Below are positions 11,390-22,906 of a stretch of DNA of 64,000 nucleotides, piece by piece. Numbering within the stretch: the first letter of the stretch is position 1; every line of letters begins with the position of its first letter. The translations under genes and the position numbers were made by a program. Origin of the DNA: Schmidtea polychroa (lineage: Eukaryota); NCBI GenBank assembly GCA_044892525.1, contig CM097888.1:73594001-73658000 (forward strand), written 5' to 3'. The notes beneath the pieces were generated by a model, which did not search any database, had not been told where the DNA came from, and worked only from the letters and a program-made list of their open reading frames with translations.

Positions 11390-11760
11390 TAATTGCTCCA
11401 GAGGGCTACAGGTTGTCTTTTCTAACGAGACCAGAATTTTGCGTACAAAAATCTATACGATCAAAGCGACAATAGTGTGAAAAAATATACTGTAGCCCAC
11501 TGTAGCAGTGGCTTTTTGTATAGAAAAATCCAGAGATCAAAAGACCCCTTGTCTAAAGTGTGAAAAATACCATGTGGGCGTCCAAGGCAATGGTTTTTTG
11601 TATAAAAGAATCCAAAGACCAGGATTTTATATTAAAAAGAGACCAAAGATACTCCCTATTATAGTGTGAAAAAATATAATATAGCCCTCTGGAGCAATGA
11701 CTTTTTAGCGAGGGTCTGGTTTTGTATAAAACAGCGGATGGTTTGCTCCAGAGGCCTATT
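11390..11760. repeat. Modular direct and inverted repeat array related to the 34487-34772 TIR
   Basis: Three ~80-105-bp degenerate modules ending ...A(T/A)AGTGTGAAAAA. Perfect 17-bp inverted pair ATTGCTCCAGAGGGCTA at 11392-11408 and 11682-11698. Confidence 0.7.
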
Positions 11761-14302
11761 CTGGAGGCCCTACCTACTCTTGACGTCAAAATATTTATTT
11801 AAATTTTATTTAAATTTAAATTTATTTAAATATGTTTACTAATCCTTTCAATCCTATAGGAACATATTTTACCAAAGAAGTTCTGATATACTTAAAATGT
11901 ATTAAATGCTTACAGATGTATTGGGATCTGAGGTTTCAATACTGCATGATCATAGGTCCGTAGACAAATTTATTCCTGCATGATTTTTTCGTCACACTTA
12001 GTTGACCATAAATCTTATGTGAAATAAAACTTTCATGAATTAAAAAAATCGTATTGAAAGGGTTGAGGCATTTTATTGCAAAATATATAATGTAAAATTA
12101 AATTAATTATTTCATATAGGATTTACGATTCACTTATACATTTTAATTTTCAACAATTACTTTTATAACATTTCCATTGAAAGATTGATTAAAAGGTTTT
12201 CTTCTATTTTATTGTGAATGTTAACTGTGTTTATTTCTTTTTCAATTGGTTTTATTTAGATTTGATTATTTTAATTTTATTTTTTAATTATAAATAATTC
12301 GGAATTTAAAATGTCATTAAAAATTGGTTGACATAAAATCAATTTATGTTAAATATTTAATAATAATAATAAAAACTTAATATTAACCTAATCAAATTAA
12401 AATAAAACACTATGAAATAAATAATTAATTCTATATTATTTAATTTCGAATAATTTATTTATTTATTATAATATAAAATAAATAAACTTACTGTCTGAGC
12501 ACAAAGTTAACAAAGTTGAGGAACACAAAACATTATCAATGTAAAGAACACTGGTATTTATAACAGGTCCGGGTAAATTTGTGAAATAAAAACAATTTTC
12601 ACTTGCAGAATATATGTTAATGAATGTTTGGGGGTAATATTAAAAAAAATTGAATCAATGTCCCATCCAATAATAAAAAATGAGCCTATCGATGAATTAA
12701 GTATTTGAAGATTTATCCAAATATCCGCTTGATATGCTAAACTGTTAAAATCATTTAATTAGGAAAATAGAAATTTTTACGATTATTTTACATCTAATTT
12801 TTGAACAAATTTTTAAATAATTTAAATTTAATATTGAAATCATACATTTAATTGTATCAATTATCAGAGACATTTATATAACATAAAAAAATTCAGAATA
12901 TTTGAATTTGTAGTTTTTCGAAATTTATTAGAATAGCTTTGATCTCAAAATGGTTTTAATTTAAATTTTTAGGGTCAAAATGATAAAATAGATATGTTAG
13001 AAGTCAAATATATTTAAACAACATTCATTTTGACTCATTAAGGCATGAGTGAATAACATCCCATCTATGCCACTTTTTGGTACCCCTCTTCTTACAACTT
13101 ACTTTATAACAGTAATCTATCATTATTTTACTTTTTATATTGATGAAAAAATAAAACTTTGAAATTTTAAAATTTTGAATATGACAATATATAATAACAA
13201 CAAAATAAATATATGAGTATGACAATAACAACTATAATCACAAGTATCTCAATAAAATTACGAGCAGTTTAATGATTATTCCGTCGATTTACCGCTATTC
13301 ACTAGAATATAATGACCATATGCTTGACTTTCATTATAATGTTTTTGACAGTTTATTAAATGTAATCAGAGATATATCGCAATTTAAAAAGCTGTCTTAC
13401 ATTATTGCGGTTTACAGAGACATTATTATGATGAATGATGTATCATATGTTTATTTTTGAAATATATCTAGAAATATTAATAATTTCTAAATTGAGTTAT
13501 TATTATAATTTTATGTTTTATAAATTTTATATATAATTTTAATTTATAATATTATTAAAGATAATTTAAAATTTTGAGTTTTCAAAAACAAATTGAGAAA
13601 ACAAGTTAAAGATGTAAAGATGAAATAAATAAAAAAAAATCAAATTTTATTATATTACATTGTTTCAGGCACTTTGGCTGAAGGGGAGATTAATTCTCGC
13701 CCTTATGTCATCTAGAGTTCTTATTTCTCGGTTTCTTCGAATGTTGGAGTTAGCAACTCCTACATTAAACGTAATGGGCAGGCTTGAGAAATATGCTTGT
13801 AATTTCATCATTACGGGTATGAGATTCTACGATTCTTAGGATATGTCATCATACACTAGGCAGTGTTTAAGGAGATAATTGCTTGATATCTAGAATAAAA
13901 GGTATAAGGTTGGAGTAGAAAGACTCCTTAGGCTGATGTTTATAGGAGGATATATGTATATACTATATTATAATATGTGATAGAGGGATTAGTAGAAGTT
14001 GTGAAGTTATAATAAATATACAAACAACTAAAATACTTGTCGAATAGGCGGGATCCCTAAAAGAATCCCTACAATAACCTATTCGACAAGATAGAACTCC
14101 AATATTATAAAAATGTGTAACTTTTCCTCGGTATGCTTGTGAAATAAGCTTGTTAGTTTATCATTACGGGTATGAGATTCCACGAAGCATAAATTATAAT
14201 GCATTGGTGACAGATTATATGAGTACCCTTTATATTAATACCATAATGGACTAATAAATATAAGATATGCTTTGATATACTATATTATAGTAAATATATA
14301 TT

Positions 14303-15388
14303 TTAGTCAATATAGGTGTGTTCGCGATAGGTGTGGTAGCTACTAACAATGGCAGCAGTGCATGCTTTCCTGCATAAAAGTTTAATCTCAGATTTTGTTA
14401 GGTCAATAATCTTAAGTCTAATATCGTTTTCTTTGTCCCACGATCCCAGAGTTCCTACTACTAATTCTGAGGTGGTTGTTTTACATTTATATGCGTGGCC
14501 TACCTCAAGGGCAAGGTGTTTATACTTTTCAAAATTATCTTTGCGTTCTCTATCAAAGTATTCACGTTTTTCGTAAGGCACCCTAATCTCAAGTATATGT
14601 GTAAGGGTGTTTCTAGAAGAGTTAATAAGGAGGTCAGGTTTAAGAGTGGTATTAACTCCTTCAGGAGATATTTCGATGTCAAAGTTAAATTTATATTGAA
14701 ATAATGCTTCAGAGACAGCTTCGAGTACACGCGTATGTTTGTTTCTGCGTGCATTTATCATAGCTGGACAATGGTTGAATATATGCGCCTGTGTTCCTGG
14801 GTGAGAGTTACATTGTCTACACATTATTGCGTGTTTGGATTTAATCCTATGAGGAGAGAATTTAAGTTTTAGGATATTATTGCGAGCTTTTATGAGAAAA
14901 AGGTATTGGGCATCAGTTAAAATGTCAGATTTTATAAAGTAATCGGCTGTGCTGCTATCTGTAATGGATTTAGCTATATGGCCTTGGTATGTCAATAAGC
15001 ACCATTTCTCTGCGTGTATATGGGCTATAATGGAATGAAGTTCAGAAGATGTGTCTTTAAGGTTGGATGAGGAAAAGTAACTGATTCTATCTTTGTATTT
15101 AATTTCAAGTTGATAAGAGTCATCTAAGAATATTAATTTTGTACGAATTCCATATTTAAGTAGTAGGCGATAAGAAGACTTTCGAAACTTTGAAAAAATA
15201 GAACTACTAGGGAAGGATTTTGTGATTTCTCTATTAATCCTTGAGATAGCGACCTCAAGATTACCCTTTCCACGGGCATCTTTGAGTTCAGAGAGTATGA
15301 GATTGTGAAAGCCTAGGTCATTAGAGTTCAGCGCACGGATTAGATGGATAATACTTTGTATAAGATATTCATCAATTGCGGAGGTCAA
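14303..15388 (-). pseudogene. C-terminal CCHC knuckle and restriction-like endonuclease of the non-LTR element
   Basis: CRQCNSHPGTQAHIFNHC, RNKHTRV, LKPDLLI, LEIRVPYE, EKYKHLA, VVGTLGSW. Confidence 0.9.
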
Positions 15389-15667
15389 TCCCAGACCCCC
15401 CCCTTTTAGTAGACGCCTATAAAAAGTTAGTATTTATTTGTATCATTCTGTTACCAATAAATTTTTTAACAATCATCTTGATTTTTTGATCGAACCCTTT
15501 TTGGGGGTCTCTATATTTAATAATATTATCCTTATGGGAGTCCAGAATATTGTGAGAGATTTCGCAGTTATGGAAGGTGAAGATAAGTCTAGAGTGTACA
15601 AATATCTTGAATGCATTAAGTTTTTATGAAGGATGGAGGTGAGATTCAAAGATTAATTTAGTGTCAT

Positions 15668-16720
15668 TTATAGCATTATCAAGCCTTTCATCAATGTTAT
15701 GCCTCTTTTTATAGGAGAGAAGTCTACTCCAAGATATCTATATAGATTGGAGTCGTCTATCCTAGGAATTTGTTCATTATAAAGAGTAACCGGAGAGTAA
15801 TTGTATTCATGGTTAATATGAAAGTATACAGATTTAGAAGGCTTGAAGCGAAGGTTTACAAGCGATGCCAGGCGTACAATCTCTAAAAGAGCTTCGTTAA
15901 TGGAAGAATACGAGTCTGAGACAAGGACGATATCGTCAGCGTAAGCAAGAATACCTATATTGTGGCCATTAAAAAGAAAGGGATGACTAATTAGAATACT
16001 GCGTAGGATGAAATCAATAGAGAGGCAAAAGAGAGTCATTGATAGGGGGCAGCCCTATTTTACACCTTTAAGGATCGGTACGGAATGGGATTTTTCCCTT
16101 CACAATCGAAGACAGTATTGACATTGCTATACATATCTTGTATAAGTTTGATAGTTTTAGCGTTTAGGCCCATTTTGGTTAAAGTGTGCCAAATCAGGTC
16201 ATGTGGAAGTGACCCAAACGCATCAGATATATCTAGCCATATAATATGAAGATCCGATTTGTTTCGAAAGGCTTTTTTCTTAACAAGCTGAAGAATGAGG
16301 TTGTGTTCAGCACAACCATCAGAGGCTCCAATAGCCTTTTGATTACCGGCGATGTCCACCTTCTTTAATCCATGATAGTAGGCGGTTATTAATAAGAGAT
16401 GAAAAGATACGATAAGCGGTGTACATAACTGAGATAGGTCTCCAGGAGCTGGTTTCAGTTTTTCCATTTTTAAGGATAAGTTTAGTGCGAAATGTTTTCC
16501 AGTTCGACGGACAAGTACAATTACGCAAAATGTTGTTACATAAGGAGAGTATAAATTGGAAGTCAGGAGAAATCTTTTTCCAATCTGCAAGAGAGATCAA
16601 GTCGATACCAGAAGCAGTGTTTTGTAGTTGTGCAAAGATTTGTTTTATGTCTTCAAAGTCAAACGGAAAGGAGGAACGGGATTCAGGTAGTATAGGAAAG
16701 TTTAGAATAAGGTCAGTATT
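15668..16720 (-). pseudogene. Frameshifted reverse transcriptase of the non-LTR element
   Basis: WRPISV, NQKAI...GCAEH, WLDISDAFGSLPH, GVK*GCPLS, AYADDIVL, FKPSKS and YRYLGV spread over three frames. Confidence 0.92.
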
Positions 16721-17259
16721 GCAGGAAGCTGATTTTCCTGCGAAAAGTCTCAAAATATTGGACATAGTTGGTCGATTGGATTCGATGCTTTTATTGAGGA
16801 TCTTTGAAATTTCCTCCTTTGGGTTGAATTTATATTTATTACGTTTAGTTATTAATAATTCGTTTTTATTACGTGATTTTTTATGGATAATATCTGATTG
16901 TTTTTTAGAAAGGTATTTTTTGGGGGAAATATTATTATTTATTTTTTCAATTTCGCTAAGGGCTGTATCACAGTCAATTGCATCATTATTTGGGGTAGTT
17001 AAATTAGTTTTTTTAATCAAACATTCGATCATGTGGCATACAAAGAAGGCAGATTCATCAGGTGAGGAACATCGAGGATATTCAATATTTCTAAGCTGTA
17101 TAGATACCGGAGAGACAATTTTCTGAAGGTCAAGGATAGTATTTAAAATATTATTTGCAAGAGAAGAATGTATAGAAAAGATGTCATCTATAAGAGGGTC
17201 AATAATAAGTGCTAGACTTCTACGTTTGTCAAGGAAAAAGAAGAACCAATTGTCTTTAC

Positions 17260-17527
17260 CAGGGGTGGGGTACCTTTTTATTTCCGTAGGCCACATTGAA
17301 ATTTGTCGCCTTCAAATGAGGCCGCAGTCAAAAAGTATTTCGTTTATATTTCGTTCTTTGTACTCGGCGGGATGCTTGTACAGTACAGTATATAGACAAT
17401 TCAATAGTTACAAGCATTTTTATTTGTAAATCCTCAAAATTCATGGTTTTTTATATAAATTAAGATTTATTTTGATAAGGCTCCAGAGGCCGCATGCGGC
17501 CTAAAGGCCGCAGGTTCCCCACCCCTG
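17260..17527. mobile_element. hAT (Charlie-like) MITE, 268 bp, nested in the non-LTR element
   Basis: TIR CAGGGGTGGGG(T/A)ACCT; 8-bp TSD GTCTTTAC at 17252-17259 and 17528-17535; subterminal GGCCGCATGCGGCC. Confidence 0.93.
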
Positions 17528-20441
17528 GTCTTTACCATTTGACATTGGCATAATAATTTCATTCCATTCGGCAAAGTCTTTGAATGGGAAGGAGGTGAAG
17601 AAGGTTTTGAAGTTATTTTGGATAAGTGAGTTTCCAACATATGGGTCGACAAAGATTGTAGACTTTTTCATCGCGTAAGAGTAGATGAATTCCTTTATTG
17701 TATGCTGTGCTGTGACCATCATGATGATTCATTTTGAATATTATTAGAGAATAAACAGTCATTTGGGATTTCTTTACAGTAGTTGATTACTAATTGTGCT
17801 ATCTCTTCATCAGAGGTGGTTAAAGGAATTTCTTGGGTGTCTAAGATCCCATTGAAAATGTTTCTATTATCCACGATAAGTGTTAAATTATTATCAGATA
17901 TTAGTAAGCTATTATCAATAGATGGGGTATGAGCGGTTGGATGATTCTCAGCAATATGAGTAGCAATGTTATTGGTAGGGATCCAGCTCCTACAGTAGCA
18001 ATAGATTTCCTCTTCTTTATCAAAAATTCGGTTTCTGTGGCGTTTCGTCATGTGGTCATATATAATTGTAATGGGTGTATTCCATTTCCAATTAGTGAAA
18101 CATTTTCTATAATTCTTATTATGGCTGTTACATGTTATAAGGTTTTTTCTGTCAATCTTTAGGAATACATTTTTAAGAATATCCTTGTCATTTTGTACAG
18201 CATGGACGTATAGTTCTGCGTGTCTATAGAGGTCTTTTAGTTTAATTGGGTATAGGACATATCTTTCGTCCTCTCCTTTGCATTGGTTATAGTCAATGAT
18301 GGATTCCTCAGTTAGTATAATATTATGCTCTTCGTAGGCATGATTAAATCATTTAACCCTGTCATAGATCGATATTGTACCACAAGAAGGTTTGCTGTGG
18401 TGGTGTTTACATCTGATTTTACCCCTGGAGTCAAAGTAGTATAGATTCGGATCTTTTAGGTATATTGATTTCAGGGATTGAGGAACAATAGTTTGCGCAT
18501 TTTTAGGTATATCGCGTGTGTCAACACTGATTTTTTTCCCTACGAGGCATGTGGGGTTCTGAATAATATTGGTTGATAAAGAGTTAGCACAATCATTGTT
18601 TATTAAATTTATAGTATTATTTTCTTCAAGTTTATCATCAACCATATATGTATTAACTATTGGAGATTCAAAAGTAGTGCGATTCATAATTGGTAGATCG
18701 GTGGGATTAATAATTTCACATGAAGAATTGGTATCATTTAAGGGGGACGGTCTAAATGTTTTTGGTAATATTTCAGATTAGAATTAGTGAAGGAGTTAGT
18801 ATAATCCTCAGGGCTTACGGCAGAAGTAGATTTATTACTTGTACTAAATAAAGAGTTGTCCAACATCGGGGCTTGCATAGATATGTTTGATGGTAGATTA
18901 GAGTCAGGTTGTAAGTCATGAGGACAATGAGACAGAGTAAGCTTATCATAGGTAATGTTAGTTTGAAGACAGTTGGATTCTCTTAGTGGTGTTGATGAGG
19001 TTGGAGGATAAATGATTGCATTGGAACAATTCGACTCAGTATAGCTATCTGTGAGCAGTATATCATCGCAATCAAAGTCGTCATCTAAGTCACAATTATC
19101 CGGTTTTTATTCGAGTCATTCGAGAGAGGTGAGCCTATTTTATTACTAGATTCATTATTATTATATTGGTTCTTGGGTTCAGAGGGGGTATTTGTTTTAT
19201 GATAAATATACTGCTCAATTATTGCATCCTTTTTTTAAGATAGGTATAGAGGCTTCTGCGGTTGTTGATAGGCATTGAGGGCTTTTATATTGTTTATTAC
19301 AGTTTAATTTTTTATAATTAATAGGCCTAAGTTTATTCTTTATATGATTTTTAAAAATGATATTATTATTATTGAAATTATTAAATCTAAAGGATTCTAA
19401 CAATTTTTTAACTTTAGTTGATTTTGGTTTTAATATATTCATATTTTGTGGTATGAATTTAATTAGCGGGGGCTTAGTTGTAGGACTAATAGGCTTAGAG
19501 AAGTGAGATCTAATAGGATGAAAAATCAAGGGTTTTTTGAGTAAGTTTTTACTATTAGGTAGAACGGATCGAGTACTGGTCTACGTAGGAAGATTGGATC
19601 TATTAAGTATTTTTTTAGTTTTTAGAATTGAGGTAGGATTCAAAGAAAAGCTTTTATTTAGCGTCCTAGTTTCAGATATGTTGATAAGAATATCGCCAAG
19701 CAATGCATTAGAAGGAACCCTAATCTCAGACTCCATATAGTTTTGGTGACTGACTATTCAGAGATAAGTTATCAGTAAGAATGTTCTGGAAAGAGGAATC
19801 ACCACTCGTCTCAATGATTGAGGACGGTAAGGCAGTTGGGACTTGAGAGACAGATGAGGGTGGGTAGGTTTTGGATCAGTTGAAAGAGGTACAGGAACAC
19901 GAGAAAAATATTTTCGAGAAAGAGGGTATATAAATATATGATATTTAAACGAACTTTTATCATTATTTAATATAGACATTTTATTTGAATAAATAAAATC
20001 AGAAATATTATTGATGACAGTATTTATTAATTCATCAGAAAATCCATTATTAGCTGGGACTTCTTTTATTATAATTAGTAATAATTTTTTTAATAATGTA
20101 TTTAATTTTATTTTTAAAGAAATTATTATATTTACTAATTTGTTGAGGGTTAGGATTAATTAAATTTTCGAGAATTTCAGAGTTAGAATTAAAAAGATTA
20201 TTATCATTAATTAAATTGTTTTTAGATTTAATTAAATAATTCATATCACTATTAATGTTATTAATATCATTAGTAAAATTAGAGGAAGCATTGGGTGATA
20301 AGGGGCAATTATTAAGGTATGAATTATTAAAATAATTAGATTTGAGGTTATTATAGTTATTATTATGATTTGGAAGGTAGTTATTATTAAGAATTGAATT
20401 AGAAGTAGTATTTAATTTATAATTATTATTATGAGTTAGAA

Positions 20442-22906
20442 CAGGCATGAGCAACATATGGCCCGCGGGCCTCTTTTGACCGGCCCGCAGTGTTCATTGA
20501 TCCACACCATATAACCAGTCCCTTGATAAGCTATTTTTTTATTGCAATTTTATTGCAAAATATTTATAAATCTTAAACTATAAATCGTAAAAGAAATTTT
20601 CTATCGATAAAGTTTGTAATTCTCATCATTTATCAAAAATGATATAGGTTTATAAATGTAGTAATAGATGAAATAAGCTAATTAAGGATTACAGTATTTG
20701 TTTTTGGTTTATCTAATTTAATATTATTCCTTCCTTCCCGAGTATTTAATGATAAGTGGACATCGGATTATCTGTTTGTAGAATCAAACAATATGCTCGT
20801 TTGTCTTGTTTGCTCGCAATCAATTTCCGTTAAAAAGGAATTTAATGTAAGACGGCATTACCAGACTCAGCATGCAGAAAAGTTTGATCAGATACAGGGA
20901 CAATTAAGGAAAGATAGGATCGAATCTCTCCGAAAAGCACTTCTAGGGCAACAGACATTCTTTATCAAAGTTAATCAAGAGGTTGAGTGTGTTGTGAAGG
21001 CGAGTTTCATGATAAGTGAGATAATTGCCAAGAAACTGAAACCGTTTTCTGATGTGGAGTTTGTCAAAGAATGCATTGATGCTGCTGTGGATTGTATCTG
21101 TCCCGATAAAAAACAACTTTTCTCGAATATCAGCCTTTCTCAATTTACAATCGTAAGACGAATTGATGATATTGCAAAAAACATTGAAACAATCTTGAAA
21201 GAAAAAGCTGAACTATTTCAAGCATATTCAATATGCCTTGATGAAAGCACGGATATGACAGACACCGCGCTGTTAGCAATTTTTGTGCGTGGGGTTGATC
21301 AGGACTTCCACGTTACGGAAGAACTGTTGAAATTAGCGAGCATGAAAGGGACTACAACTGGAGAAGATGTTTTTGATGAAATCAAAACTGCATTGGCAGA
21401 AAACGGGCTTTTTCTTCCAAAACTAACAGGAATAACGACAGACGGAGCTCCGGCAATGGTTGGAATAAAAAATGGAGTAGTTGGTTTATTGAAGGCGGAG
21501 CTTGTTAAAATGAAAGGAAGTGAGCAATTAATTGCATCACATTGCATAATCCACCAAGAGAATTTATGTGTAAAAGAACTAAAGATGGACCATGTGATGA
21601 CAGTTCTTGTGAAAACCGTGAATTTCATAAGATCACGTGGATTGAATCATCGACAATTCAAAGAGTTTCTCACTAGCATTGAGACAGAATACTCGGATGT
21701 AATTTACTTTAGCGAAGTTCGCTGGCTGAGCAGAGGAAAAGTATTGCATCGCTTTTATTGCCTTCGTGAAGAAATTAAACTTTTTATGGAGATGAAGTCG
21801 AAACCAATTCCGGAGTTATCCGATGCAAATTGGCTACTTGACTTGGCCTTTTTGGTTGACATCACAACGCATCTGAATGATCTAAACACGAAGTTACAAG
21901 GCCGGCATCAACTGATAAATAATCTTTGCGATCATATCAAAGGATTTCAGACAAAGCTAAAACTATGGGAGAATCAATTATCAAAGGACATAACGGTGCA
22001 TTTTCCAAATCTAACTGATTGCAAAAATGTTGCAAATTTAGCTAACACGAAGAAATTTAATGAACACATAATTGCATTGAAAACACAGTTTTCTTCAAGA
22101 TTTGCTGATTTTGCCGAACATGAAAATGATTTCAAACTATTTTCTGAACCATTCAGTGTTAATGTTGAGACAGCACCAGAATCAATGCAAATGGAGCTCA
22201 TTGAATTGCAGCGTAATGGCGATCTGGAAAGAAAGTTTCGTGACGTCTCTTTGATTCAATTCTACAAACTCTACATTTATCAGAAAGCGTTTCCATCAAT
22301 CCGATATCATGCGCTGAAAATGGTCTCACTTTTCCCCAGCACTTACATCTGTGAACAATTCTTTTCTAAGATGAAACAAACAAAGTGCAAAAACAGATGT
22401 CGGCTCACTGATGATAACTTGTCAAACGAATTACGAGTAGCAACATCAACTATCAAGGCAAATATTTCAGATTTATGTCGTGATAAGAAGTGTCAAATGT
22501 CACACAGACCAAAACCAGAACAAGATTGATATTGATATGTTGGGTATATTTGAGTAGTATATGCAAACTTGAGAAGCATAAAAAATATAAATTCGAACAA
22601 TCCAGAGTTTGTGCGAGTAAATAAACTATAAATATGGGATTATTAAAGTTAAATTTGGGTATTTTCATAGTTTGTATATTTTGCCTTCCAATAACAACTA
22701 GTATATAGTATATAATATATAATGTATAATATATAATATATAATATATAATATATGCCTAATCATGTAAATTTAAATGATCTTTGCTATTAAAAAGATAT
22801 ATTATTGGAATATATATATTAATAAATTCGTGCTAAATACATCCGGCCCCCGAAACATTTTCAAAGACTGAACTGGCCCCTAACAAAAACAAGTTGCTCA
22901 TGCCTG
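20442..22906 (+). mobile_element. Full-length hAT transposon (Buster/SPIN-like), 2465 bp
   Basis: Perfect 14-bp TIR CAGGCATGAGCAAC; perfect 8-bp TSD AGTTAGAA (20434-20441, 22907-22914) with central TA; GGCCC subterminal motifs. Confidence 0.96.
20793..22529 (+). CDS. hAT transposase (GTF2IRD2/SPIN-like), apparently intact
   Basis: CLVC...RRHYQTQH, LDESTD, TTDGAPAM, HCIIHQE, SEVRWLS, FPSTYICEQFFS. The frame is open upstream (RVFNDKWTSDYLF), so the true start may be earlier or spliced. Confidence 0.93.
   Translation: MLVCLVCSQSISVKKEFNVRRHYQTQHAEKFDQIQGQLRKDRIESLRKALLGQQTFFIKVNQEVECVVKASFMISEIIAKKLKPFSDVEFVKECIDAAVDCICPDKKQLFSNISLSQFTIVRRIDDIAKNIETILKEKAELFQAYSICLDESTDMTDTALLAIFVRGVDQDFHVTEELLKLASMKGTTTGEDVFDEIKTALAENGLFLPKLTGITTDGAPAMVGIKNGVVGLLKAELVKMKGSEQLIASHCIIHQENLCVKELKMDHVMTVLVKTVNFIRSRGLNHRQFKEFLTSIETEYSDVIYFSEVRWLSRGKVLHRFYCLREEIKLFMEMKSKPIPELSDANWLLDLAFLVDITTHLNDLNTKLQGRHQLINNLCDHIKGFQTKLKLWENQLSKDITVHFPNLTDCKNVANLANTKKFNEHIIALKTQFSSRFADFAEHENDFKLFSEPFSVNVETAPESMQMELIELQRNGDLERKFRDVSLIQFYKLYIYQKAFPSIRYHALKMVSLFPSTYICEQFFSKMKQTKCKNRCRLTDDNLSNELRVATSTIKANISDLCRDKKCQMSHRPKPEQD

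Noticed and set aside
11843-12062. Second piggyBac-like MITE (CCTTTCAAT ends)
   Set aside because: The TIRs are short and imperfect and the flanks are CTAA/TTGA rather than TTAA.
16419-17126. 235-aa plus-strand ORF
   Set aside because: Antisense shadow of the non-LTR RT region.
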